Source of the DNA: Alphaproteobacteria bacterium
GTDB taxonomy: Bacteria > Pseudomonadota > Alphaproteobacteria > Methylaequorales > Methylaequoraceae
Length of the DNA stretch: 64,000 bases
Reading direction: 5' to 3'
Assembly (NCBI GenBank): GCA_019650635.1
Contig: BOXE01000006.1
Span: 1,176 to 65,175, forward strand
Made by a program: the position numbers and the translations under genes. Shown here in pieces: positions 23,301-31,404 of the stretch (the first letter of the stretch is position 1; every line of letters begins with the position of its first letter). The notes beneath the pieces were generated by a model. It saw nothing but the letters and a program-made list of their open reading frames with translations. It had not been told where the DNA came from and did not search any database.

Positions 23301-23645
23301 ATAGTTAATATTGACGAATTAAAAGATATGTTATCCAACTTGAATGATAGGTTCGGAAACATTCCTAAATCTCTCAAAAATTTATTTCATATAATTGAGA
23401 TTAAAATAAAAGCCAAAAAGATGAATATAAAAAAAATTGAGAATACCAATAAAGGTTTTGTACTGGAATTCAAAGATGATAATATGATGAATGTTGAAAA
23501 ACTTATAAAATTAGTTGAAAAAAATGCTAAAATTTTAAAATTGATGCCAGGTTCAAAGTTATTTTTTAAGAATGTTAAAATTAAAGATGAAGAGAAAGTC
23601 ATGAGTTTAAAAAATTTTTTACAAATACTCTCTAAACAAATATGA
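20361..23645 (+). CDS. mfd: Transcription-repair coupling factor Mfd. The true start is probably about 85 nt upstream (GTG near 20275), with a frameshift near 20400.
   Basis: 1094-aa ORF with ...GDYIVHNDHGIGKYNGL... (CarD/TRCF domain), helicase motifs GDVGFGKTEIAMRA, IIDEEQSFG, TLTATPIPRT and QLRGRVGRS, plus a C-terminal TRCF domain. Confidence 0.9.
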   Translation: MHIFPVLNMTLMTSKNKLLKINPKLNVIEFPSFDCLFFSNLSPTNKNKSDRINCLHNLVFSDLSDNIIISPLKAIATNTINIETVKKFQLVIRKLSSLTYDKILNFLVEGGYERVDFVHNKGEFAIRGEIMDIFSPIHEQPLRILFDFEKIDKLNLFSTQDQLSISTVNDYYLSLSSEFQFNSENIECFRSLFRQLKLKDKDDYYKSLSQKIVLPGSEQFFPILNNNFNSFLEYLDGYKILLDSNFEKDFKQVTSDSFDNIDEYKDLKKIGCNYFYNLKELNSKIENRFHTLSFNQLNSKEEGINYFSSRYNFNKNKILNQKKLITLIKKREIIIFCYSSNVNKKKILSFLNSQNINYIDKFKQDFFDLTRINFNFLVYKFTINNSFVLNFNNTHSLYFIADQEIYGKTSKKYISKSIKEENLIDDYSNLKIGDYIVHNDHGIGKYNGLISRTFNNVVQEFLELLYHGNDKLLIPVENLDQISKYGQSEIKVSLDKLGIQSWQQRRAIVKNRIKDIAKNLLKTAAKRKLEKGDVLIPKSFEYEKFSSEFEFTETSDQLKSIQQIENDLASGTPMDRLICGDVGFGKTEIAMRASFISVSAGFQVALICPKLLLVNQHIKNFKKRFKNFDYVIKKISRIESDTEKKNLKEEIKNGNIDILIGTHAILSSELVFKKLGLIIIDEEQSFGVEQKEILKKFKPNCHILTLTATPIPRTLQSSIFQLKNISLIKTPPLSRLNIKTYLMLKEKKQLKKIIQKEINRDGQVFYVAPRISDLNNIQKNLNNLIPNEKIEVIHGRLSNKNIEESYNRFFLKKSKILVSTAMIESGLDISNVNTIIIEKPQLFGLSQLYQLRGRVGRSSRQAYAYLLLDDFKNISENSIQKLKIISKIQNLGAGLSIASSDLDLRGGGNIVGSEQSGHIKEVGIELYYKMLKETIDELKNIKTNDRDWSPVIKLGFAISIPKNYIKDLDMRLRFYRKISNIVNIDELKDMLSNLNDRFGNIPKSLKNLFHIIEIKIKAKKMNIKKIENTNKGFVLEFKDDNMMNVEKLIKLVEKNAKILKLMPGSKLFFKNVKIKDEEKVMSLKNFLQILSKQI

Positions 23646-24823
23646 ATACTTCAAAGAAACAGATTAATTTCAATTTGAACGATTTTCTTCCTTTTATTGA
23701 CGGTTTGGATATTGCAATAAACTTTTCTTTAGTTATTTTTTTATCTTCTTTTCTTTTAGAGTCATTAGATACAAGAATAGGTATCGTTATCTTATGTTTT
23801 GTTACTTCATTATCTTTTATTTCCAGAATATTTGACTTAAAAATTTCAAAGTTATTAGAAAAATTAAAAATGAATAAAATAAACCTATTCTTAATTTTAT
23901 GCTTTCTCTACTTTATACCTGTTATAATTCAAAAGGAATTTCCAATTCTTTTATCAATTGGAATTTTCATAATTTTTCGGGTTTTTACAGGTATTATAAT
24001 TTCATTAAGTTATAGAAATGTTTTAATAAACGAACAAAAATTTGGTACGAATGTTTTACAGTTGAAATATTGGATATTAATTTTTCTTGGTATTGCCTGC
24101 GGTTCACTATTTTATAATTTAATGAATGAAATTTATTCAAATGATTTTATTAATAACGGTGGTTGGAAAATTCTTTATTTAGTAGTTATATCCTTACTTT
24201 TAGTAATATTTGTATTTTCCAAATTTTATTTAAAAAAGAATCTAATTATAATTCTAGATTCCAATAATATAAAAAATAATTCTTTTGTTACTAACTATAT
24301 AAATAGTTTTATTTTATTTATACCTATTTTATGTTTTTTACTTTTTTCTTTTTCTAATTGGCTACCAAAATTCAGTAACCCTGATAATTTATACTTTTTG
24401 AGTTATGGATTTTTATATTTATTTTTAACTAACTTAATTTTGTTTTTTATAACACCGCTTGCTAATATTGTAGGTAGAAGAAAATCTGTAATATTTTTCA
24501 ATTTATCGGTTCTAATAATTTCCTCAATTTGCTCATTTGTAGATCATTCATCAAGTTATAGTATCGATTTTCTTAAATTTTTTTTATCTTTGGTGTCAAG
24601 TTTCACAATTTGTTGCTTTATCCTTCAACAGCAAATAAACAGAACAACAGAAAATTTATGTATTTCAAGCTTAAACCTTTCTTTTCTTACCGCAGCTATA
24701 TTTGTTTCGCCACTTGTTTTTATTGCAGTTAATTTTTCAATAAATTATTCTGTTATTTACATATTTTTATCAATAGTTTATTTTATAAATTATACAAGAA
24801 TCGTTTTAAAAAAAGATGGATAA
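23642..24823 (+). CDS. Polytopic inner-membrane protein, possibly an MFS-type transporter.
   Basis: 393-aa ORF with about 10-12 hydrophobic segments. I recognised no specific family motif. Confidence 0.4.
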   Translation: MNTSKKQINFNLNDFLPFIDGLDIAINFSLVIFLSSFLLESLDTRIGIVILCFVTSLSFISRIFDLKISKLLEKLKMNKINLFLILCFLYFIPVIIQKEFPILLSIGIFIIFRVFTGIIISLSYRNVLINEQKFGTNVLQLKYWILIFLGIACGSLFYNLMNEIYSNDFINNGGWKILYLVVISLLLVIFVFSKFYLKKNLIIILDSNNIKNNSFVTNYINSFILFIPILCFLLFSFSNWLPKFSNPDNLYFLSYGFLYLFLTNLILFFITPLANIVGRRKSVIFFNLSVLIISSICSFVDHSSSYSIDFLKFFLSLVSSFTICCFILQQQINRTTENLCISSLNLSFLTAAIFVSPLVFIAVNFSINYSVIYIFLSIVYFINYTRIVLKKDG

Positions 24824-25136
24824 AATTTCAGCTTCACACATTTTGATCATGCATAAAGATTCTAAAGATTCTAGATCAAGTTTATCTAAAGATGAAGCTA
24901 TGAAACTTATCAATGAAATACATAATGAACTGACTAATAATAAATCCTCTTTCAAAGATCTTGCTAGTAAACATTCTGAATGCTCCTCATCTGCATATGG
25001 AGGAAGTTTAGGAGAATTTGGTAAAGGAATGATGGTAAAGCCCTTTGAGGAAAGTGCCTTTTCTCTAAAAGTTGGTGAAATTTGTGAACCAATTGAAACT
25101 GAGTTTGGTTTTCATATAATTAAAAGAGATAAATAA
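24816..25136 (+). CDS. Parvulin-type (PpiC) peptidyl-prolyl isomerase.
   Basis: It contains SASHILIMHKDS...CSSSAYGGSLGEFGKGMMVKPFEESAFSLKVGEICEPIETEFGFHIIKR. Confidence 0.8.
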   Translation: MDKISASHILIMHKDSKDSRSSLSKDEAMKLINEIHNELTNNKSSFKDLASKHSECSSSAYGGSLGEFGKGMMVKPFEESAFSLKVGEICEPIETEFGFHIIKRDK

Positions 25137-25803
25137 ATTCCGTGCGGTAATAAGAAACCTTATTCTTTTAAATCTTCTGACCAAGCAGCTGCCAATAGCT
25201 GTCTGATTCTTACAATATTTTTCATTATCTTGAGTTTTAATATTTATATCTTTTTTTTTTTTTTTTTACGCTGGCGTTTAACCACAACATTTCAATTGAT
25301 TCAATTAAATTTTTTTTTTCAATTGAGGATAAATTATTGAAATTTTTAATAGACTCTTTCAAATTACTTACTTCGTCGTCATGCGCCATATTCAGTTGCC
25401 ATTTCGAATAAAAATCTTGTTTCTTTTTGATAAACTTCTTTATTAATAAATCCTTTTACGTAAAGTTCTCTGACATTTTCCATTTCATTTTTTATTGCTA
25501 TCAATTTTTCTTCTGTATTTGTCATATTTTGATAATAATATAGTATTATATTTAGTAAACATTATAAAATGAAAAATAGACTTTCAAAATCTATTCAAAG
25601 ATTAAAAAAAGAGAAAAAAATTTCTGATAAAGAGAAATCTGATTCAAAAGTTTTAACAGCGTATAATGTAAAAATATTTAGAAATTTGTCCGAGAAATAT
25701 GACTTATCATTAACATTAAATAATGAAAAAATTAATAAAGAAAATGATAAGGAACAAAATTTAAGTTTGGGTGCACAGATGACTCTAGAAAGAATAAAAA
25801 AAG

Positions 25804-26286
25804 GTGAGAATTTTAAGTTATAAAATTCTCTTTTTTTTTATTTTTGGATTTACCGAGCTGCGATCAAACGAGTTCGCACTCATTCATTCAAAAAATTTTT
25901 CTAATTTGTTAGTAAAAATAGCCGTTGATGATAATACAAAGCAAAAAGGTCTTATGAATATAAAACAGTTAAAAACTCATAATGGGATGCTTTTTATTTA
26001 CGATGCACCGCAAATAGTCAAGTTCTGGATGTACAATACTTTCATACCATTAGATATAATATTTATTGACGATAGAAACATTATAAGTTCTATAAAAGAG
26101 GGTGTTCCAATGGAAAAAAATTTAATTTCATCTGAAATTAAAATTTCTGCTGTATTAGAAATACCAAGAGGTTGTGCAAAAAAATTAAAAGTTAAGAAAG
26201 GTCAAACTGTGTCTTGGATAATAAAAAAAACTGCAGAAATTAAAAATATTAGATATTTTCATTGTTTAAATTTAAAAGAAAAATAG
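25804..26286 (+). CDS. DUF192 family protein (secreted).
   Basis: It has a signal-like N-terminus and ...GLMNIKQLKTHNGMLFIYDAPQIVKFWMYNTFIPLDIIFIDDRNII..., which matches the DUF192 pattern. Confidence 0.65.
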   Translation: MRILSYKILFFFIFGFTELRSNEFALIHSKNFSNLLVKIAVDDNTKQKGLMNIKQLKTHNGMLFIYDAPQIVKFWMYNTFIPLDIIFIDDRNIISSIKEGVPMEKNLISSEIKISAVLEIPRGCAKKLKVKKGQTVSWIIKKTAEIKNIRYFHCLNLKEK

Positions 26287-26306
26287 AATAAAATGGGGAG
26301 ATTGTT

Positions 26307-26925
26307 TTGGGAAAATTTATTGAAAAATATAAATTAGAAAATCCTAACTTTAGCTTTGAATTAAATGAACTAATTCAAAAAATTAAGTCTGAGAATAATC
26401 AAGAAACAGAAGATTTATTTTCTACAATTAACTCACTTCGAGAAAAATTAGACCAATCTATTTTTGAAAAAAATAATGCAGTACAAAAAGCTATTTCATT
26501 AAAAAATGATGAAATAAATCAATTAAAATCTTCTGTTAAAGAACTAAGAAATCAAATGGAAAAGCTAAGATTTGAAAAAAGAGAAGCAATTCAAATTCAA
26601 ATTCAGGCTTCAGCAAATGAAATTAAACAACTTAAGTTATCTTGTTCCGCATTAAGAGAAGAGCTTGAAAATTTAAAATTCGAAAAAACAAGAAGCTGTT
26701 CAAAATGCTATAAAGAAATCTTCACTTGAAATTAACGAATTAAAAGATGCAACATCTGCTTTAAGAGATGAATTAGTTGAATCAAAATTTTCAAAAAAAC
26801 AAGAAATTCAAAAAGCGGTTTTAAATTCCAGTGATGAAATTAAACAACTTAAAAATTCAACACAGTCACTTAGAGATGAATTAGAAAAAGTAATTAAAAA
26901 TTATCAAAAAAAAATCCAAAAATAA
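26307..26925 (+). CDS. Coiled-coil protein with about 4 tandem units of roughly 30-35 aa, with one frameshift near 26700-26730.
   Basis: The repeating units are NDEINQLKSSVKELRNQMEKLRFEKREAIQ, ANEIKQLKLSCSALREELENLKFEK, EINELKDATSALRDELVESKFSKKQEIQ and SDEIKQLKNSTQSLRDELEKV. Confidence 0.55.
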
Positions 26926-26939
26926 CAATAAATTAAAAG

Positions 26940-29243
26940 ATGAAAAATAGTAATGAAAATATAGTCCAAACCCTGGAGAAGCTTAGAAGAACTGAGCTTC
27001 TACTTCAAATATCAAGAAAAATTGCTGGACTTAAATCTTTAGAGGAGATTCTATGGACACTTATAGAATTCGTTACTAATGAGTTAGATGCAGATAGAGG
27101 AACATTATTTTTAAATGATAACGAAACAAATGAACTTTATTCAAGAGTTGCCAAGGGATTTGACTCGCGAAATAAAATTTTAAATAACGTTGGAATAGCA
27201 GGTGCAATTTTTCAAAACAAGTCTGGGGAAGTCATTCATGACGTTTATGCGACTCCCGTTTTAACAAAGAAGTTGATCAGGAAACAGGTTATAAGACAAA
27301 AAATATGATTTGTTGTCCAGTTAAAACTGTTGACGGACTGACAATAGGCGTTATTCAAGTTTTAAATAAAAAAAAAGGTAGATTTACAAAAGATAATCTT
27401 TTCTTTACAGAGTCAATTGCCACCCAAGCTGCTGTATCAATTCAAAATGCACAAAATACAGAACATTTTGAAAAAAAAAGAGCTAAAGAAATGGAGTTTA
27501 TAAGTATAGTTTCTGATGTAACAGCTGAAATCGATTTAGGAGCTTTACTTCAAAGAGTGATGGAAGAGGCAACACGAATGCTCAATGCTGACAGGGCTAC
27601 ATTATTTTTAAATGATGAAAAAACCAATGAATTATTTTCAAGGGTAGCTATGGGGGAAGGCATTGGTGAAATAAGACTTCCTAACACTGCTGGAATTGCA
27701 GGTTCGGTTTTTACTTCTGGTAAATCAATGAATATTCCTTACGCCTATGCTGATTTAAGATTTAATCCTTCATTTGATAAGCAGACAGGGTATTTTACTC
27801 GTTCGATTTTATGTGTACCTGTTGTGAATAAAGAAGGTAAGGTAATTGGTTGCACACAAGTTTTAAATAAGAGTGGTGGCAAATTTACAGATGAAGATGA
27901 ATCTAGGTTAAAGGCATTTACTCAACAAGTTGCAATTGCTCTTGAAAATGCCAAGCTTTTTGAAGATGTATCTAAATCTAGAAAGTATAATGAAAGTATG
28001 CTTTCTAGTATGTCTAACGGAGTTATAACAATTAACAGTGAAGAAGAAATTGTTACTTGTAACAAATCTGGATTAAAAATACTCCGAACTAAAGATTCAG
28101 ACATAATAAAAAAACAATCCAAAGATTTTTTTTCCGGAAATAAAAAATGGATATATGAGAAAATTAAGAGTGTTGGTGAATCAAAAGAACCAGAAATTAT
28201 TGTTGACGCTGAAATAGAGGTTTTCGATTATGAAACAGAAAAAGAGGAAAAAATATCAGTAAATTTGACAATACTCCCACTAATTAATGAAGATAGTGAC
28301 GGTAGAACGGATCAATCAGATAATTTTCTAGGTACTTTATTAATGTTTGAGGACATTTCTTCAGAAAAAAGAATGAAATCAACAATGTCTAGATATATGG
28401 ACCCTGGAATAGCAGATCAATTATTAGAGGATGGATCTGACATCATGGGTGGGCTAGAAACAACCGCTACTTTGTTGTTTTCTGATTTAAGAAGTTTTAC
28501 TACCATAACAGAGTCGTTGGGTGCTCAGGGTACTGTAAAATTATTGAATGAATATTTTGAAATAATGGTTGAATGCATATCAGAGCAGGGGGGGATGTTA
28601 GACAAATTTATTGGAGATGCAATAATGGCTGCATTTGGTCTTCCTATATCACATGAGGATGATGAAGATAGGGGTGTTAAAGCTGGTATCAATATGATCA
28701 AAAGATTATGGGAGTGGAACGAGCAAAGAGAAAAAGATGGAAAAGCCACCTGTTGATATGGGATTAGGATTAAATACGGACAAAATTGTGGCAGGAAATA
28801 TTGGATCACAAAAAAGAATGGATTACACGATGATTGGTGACGGTGTGAATTTAGCAGCACGTTTAGAAAGTGCATGCAAACAATATAGTGCAAGAATATT
28901 AATCAGTGACTATACATTTAAAAAACTAAAAGGTACTTATCGCATTAGGTATATAGATGATGTAGTTGTTAAAGGAAAAAACGAACCTATTGGTGTTCAT
29001 GAAGTTTTAGATTATCACAATGATAAAACTTTTCCGAATTTAATGGATGTGGTCAATCATTTTAATGAAGGTAGGAAACACTATAAAGGTGGAAGTTTTG
29101 AACAAGCTATTTCATCTTTTAATGAATGTCTAAAAGCAAATTCTCAAGATAACTTATCAAAAACATACATTGAGAGATGCAATTTATTAATAGATGAAAA
29201 ACCGACAGATTGGAATGGAGTTTGGGTAATGAAAAGCAAATGA
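26940..29243 (+). CDS. GAF-GAF-PAS class III adenylate cyclase with a TPR-like tail (CyaB1-like architecture). Two single-base frameshifts are present as assembled, near 27250-27300 and near 28740.
   Basis: GAF-A reads ...DADRGTLFLNDNETNELYSRVA...GYKTKNMICCPV...VLNKKKGRFTKDN. GAF-B reads ...NADRATLFLNDEKTNELFSRVA...TGYFTRSILCVPV...VLNKSGGKFTDEDE. A PAS-like segment (MLSSMSNGVITINSEEEIVTCNKSG) follows. The cyclase motifs are LLFSDLRSFTTITE, LDKFIGDAIMAAFG and MDYTMIGDGVNLAARLES. Confidence 0.85.
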
Positions 29244-29962
29244 GGAATTTTCCATTAGACAAAGGTTTGCCAAGTTTAGATTATATAGTTAAAAATTGGC
29301 CTAGAACAAAATGTATTTTAAAAAAATATATTTTGTCAAATCATAAACAACCAGATTTATACTCGATAGCAATAATATGTTTAAAAGAGTTAAAAGTTTT
29401 TAAGTTAAAAGACTATAAATCGATTATTAGAAAATTATCAAAATTGTGTTTAAGAAATACTTGTTTCAATACATATCATGATTCTCATCACTTTAAGTCA
29501 GTTTTGGCAATTTCATGTATATTAGGAAAACAAATAAATTTAAAATATAAAGATAGGCTTTTATTGGTCATAATAGCCCTTACTCACGATATGAATCATC
29601 AGGGAAGGAGAATACTAATGAGTAAGCCCTACTATCAGGAATTAAAGAGTTATGATGGATTAGAAAAAATTTTATTTAAGAAAATCTTTATTTTTAAAGA
29701 ATTGAAGAGGATTAAGAGAATATTTGAGAGTACCTTTTTCCCTGTTAAACCAGAAAATGTAGAAGATGATCTTGAAAAAATAATTTTAGATGCTGATATC
29801 TTATCATCTTTAATGTTTGGTCCTCAGGTTGGAGTGAAACTCGCTGGCAGATTGAAACAAGAAATTAGGTATAATGATGATTCAGAATTACTTTTTTCAA
29901 ATTTTCTTAAACTTTTAGGGGGAAAATGTTTATATCTAGATTATTCAAAAAAATCATGTTAA
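29240..29962 (+). CDS. HD-superfamily protein resembling class I 3',5'-cyclic-nucleotide phosphodiesterase catalytic cores.
   Basis: The ATG at 29240 overlaps the cyclase stop (ATGA). The motifs are ...YHDSHHFKSVL..., then 37 residues later ...ALTHDMNHQG..., then ...IILDADILSS. Compare the PDE patterns YHN..HA.DV, HD..H.G and the metal Asp. Confidence 0.5.
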   Translation: MRNFPLDKGLPSLDYIVKNWPRTKCILKKYILSNHKQPDLYSIAIICLKELKVFKLKDYKSIIRKLSKLCLRNTCFNTYHDSHHFKSVLAISCILGKQINLKYKDRLLLVIIALTHDMNHQGRRILMSKPYYQELKSYDGLEKILFKKIFIFKELKRIKRIFESTFFPVKPENVEDDLEKIILDADILSSLMFGPQVGVKLAGRLKQEIRYNDDSELLFSNFLKLLGGKCLYLDYSKKSC

Positions 29963-30007
29963 TAATAAACTATTATGAAATGTTGTCGTTAAAAGTTATT
30001 CACAGTT

Positions 30008-31348
30008 ATGAAATTGTGGATAAGTAGTAATATGGGAAAATTTGTAATAGGGTGTTTTATTTTTTTGATTGGTGTTGGATCATTTGTATTCGCGCAAGAA
30101 GAAAAAGATGAGGTTATACCTTATAATCTAAAAGCCGCACTTAAGTCAGTTTTGAATAATCATAAAACTATATTGGCAACAAAAAGTGATATAGAGGCTG
30201 CTAAGTTAAGACTAAAACAATCCAGGGGTGGTTATTTTCCTTCGTTAGACGTTACAGCCAATTACGGACATGAAAATATTATAAAATATGGACCAGGCAA
30301 CAACACGCAATTGATGGCAAGGGACGCAACAGCAAAAATAACTCAAACAATTACAGATTTTGGTTTGACTAAATCAACAGTAGAAACTTCAAGATTATCA
30401 TTAAAACAAACACGAGCAACTGAGGCACAAATTAAAAATGACATTTTATTAAGAGCAATTTCAGCATACTTGAGAATTATTCAATCAAGGGAAAGTGTTC
30501 GATACGCAAGACAATCTGTTGCAAACATAAAAAAACAAACTGAATTGGAAGATGCAGCAGTAACTGCAGGAGGTGGACTTACTTCGGATGTTCTCCAAGC
30601 AAAAACTCAATTAGCTGGTGCTCAGGCACGTTTAATTCAGTTTGAAGGCGTATTAGCCACTTCTAGACATGAATTTGAATATGTTTTTAATTCATTTCCA
30701 GATAATTTAAATTCTTTGATCCTCCTTAAATCTGTTTTTGATAAATTACCTAAATCTTTAGAGGAGGCTGAAGAAATAACAATGAAAAATAATCCCTCAC
30801 TGATTGCAGCAAGAATCACAGAGGATATTGGTAAAGAGGCAATAAACACAGCTAAATCTTCTCTTTTTCCAACTGTTAAAGGGATAGTGAGTCATTCAGA
30901 AAAACAAGATTTTGGTGGTGTAGTAGGATTCAAAAGAGAAACCTCTGCAAAGTTAGATTTTGCATATCCATTAAATCTAAGTCTTTCGGAATACGCTGGT
31001 AAAGATGCAGCGGTTGAGTCTTATTTAGCAACATCTACAAGAATAAGAGATCAAGAAGATATGATTAAACAAATGTTAAGAACTACATGGGACGGATTAA
31101 AAACAGCTCAGCAAAATGCTCAATTTCTTACAAATCAGGCAAGAATCTCTGGTGAATTTTTAGAGCTTGCAAGACAAGAAAGACAGGCAGGAAACCGTAC
31201 TTTACTTGACGTTTTAGGGGGTGAAACTGCTCTAATTAATGCTCAAGCAGATGCGATTGCAGCACAAATTGAAGTTCTCATAAATAGTTACACTTTAATG
31301 AGTTTAATGGGGGGACTTTCAATTGAATCAATTGAATTTGTTGAATAA
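30008..31348 (+). CDS. TolC-family outer-membrane efflux/secretion protein (T1SS OMP, locus A).
   Basis: 446-aa ORF with a signal peptide (FIFLIGVGSFVFAQ) and two TolC-type repeat halves (…AAKLRLKQSRGGYFPSLDVTANYG…, …LINAQADAIAAQIEVLINSYTLMSLMG). Confidence 0.85.
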   Translation: MKLWISSNMGKFVIGCFIFLIGVGSFVFAQEEKDEVIPYNLKAALKSVLNNHKTILATKSDIEAAKLRLKQSRGGYFPSLDVTANYGHENIIKYGPGNNTQLMARDATAKITQTITDFGLTKSTVETSRLSLKQTRATEAQIKNDILLRAISAYLRIIQSRESVRYARQSVANIKKQTELEDAAVTAGGGLTSDVLQAKTQLAGAQARLIQFEGVLATSRHEFEYVFNSFPDNLNSLILLKSVFDKLPKSLEEAEEITMKNNPSLIAARITEDIGKEAINTAKSSLFPTVKGIVSHSEKQDFGGVVGFKRETSAKLDFAYPLNLSLSEYAGKDAAVESYLATSTRIRDQEDMIKQMLRTTWDGLKTAQQNAQFLTNQARISGEFLELARQERQAGNRTLLDVLGGETALINAQADAIAAQIEVLINSYTLMSLMGGLSIESIEFVE

Positions 31349-31404
31349 ATTAGGTCTTTTTAACTTTTAAAATAGTAGTATTTCGCCTATAGTTAAAACT
31401 GGAT

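Noticed and set aside
25251-25267. A 17-nt poly-T tract between the parvulin gene and the 25569 ORF might be a regulatory element.
   Set aside because: It lies inside a short, frame-unstable minus-strand ORF that starts at 25523, reads MTNTEEKLIAIKNEMENVRELYVKGFINKEVYQK..., and contains a Lys-run. In this assembly homopolymers are the main error hot spots. There is nothing beyond the run itself to support a function.
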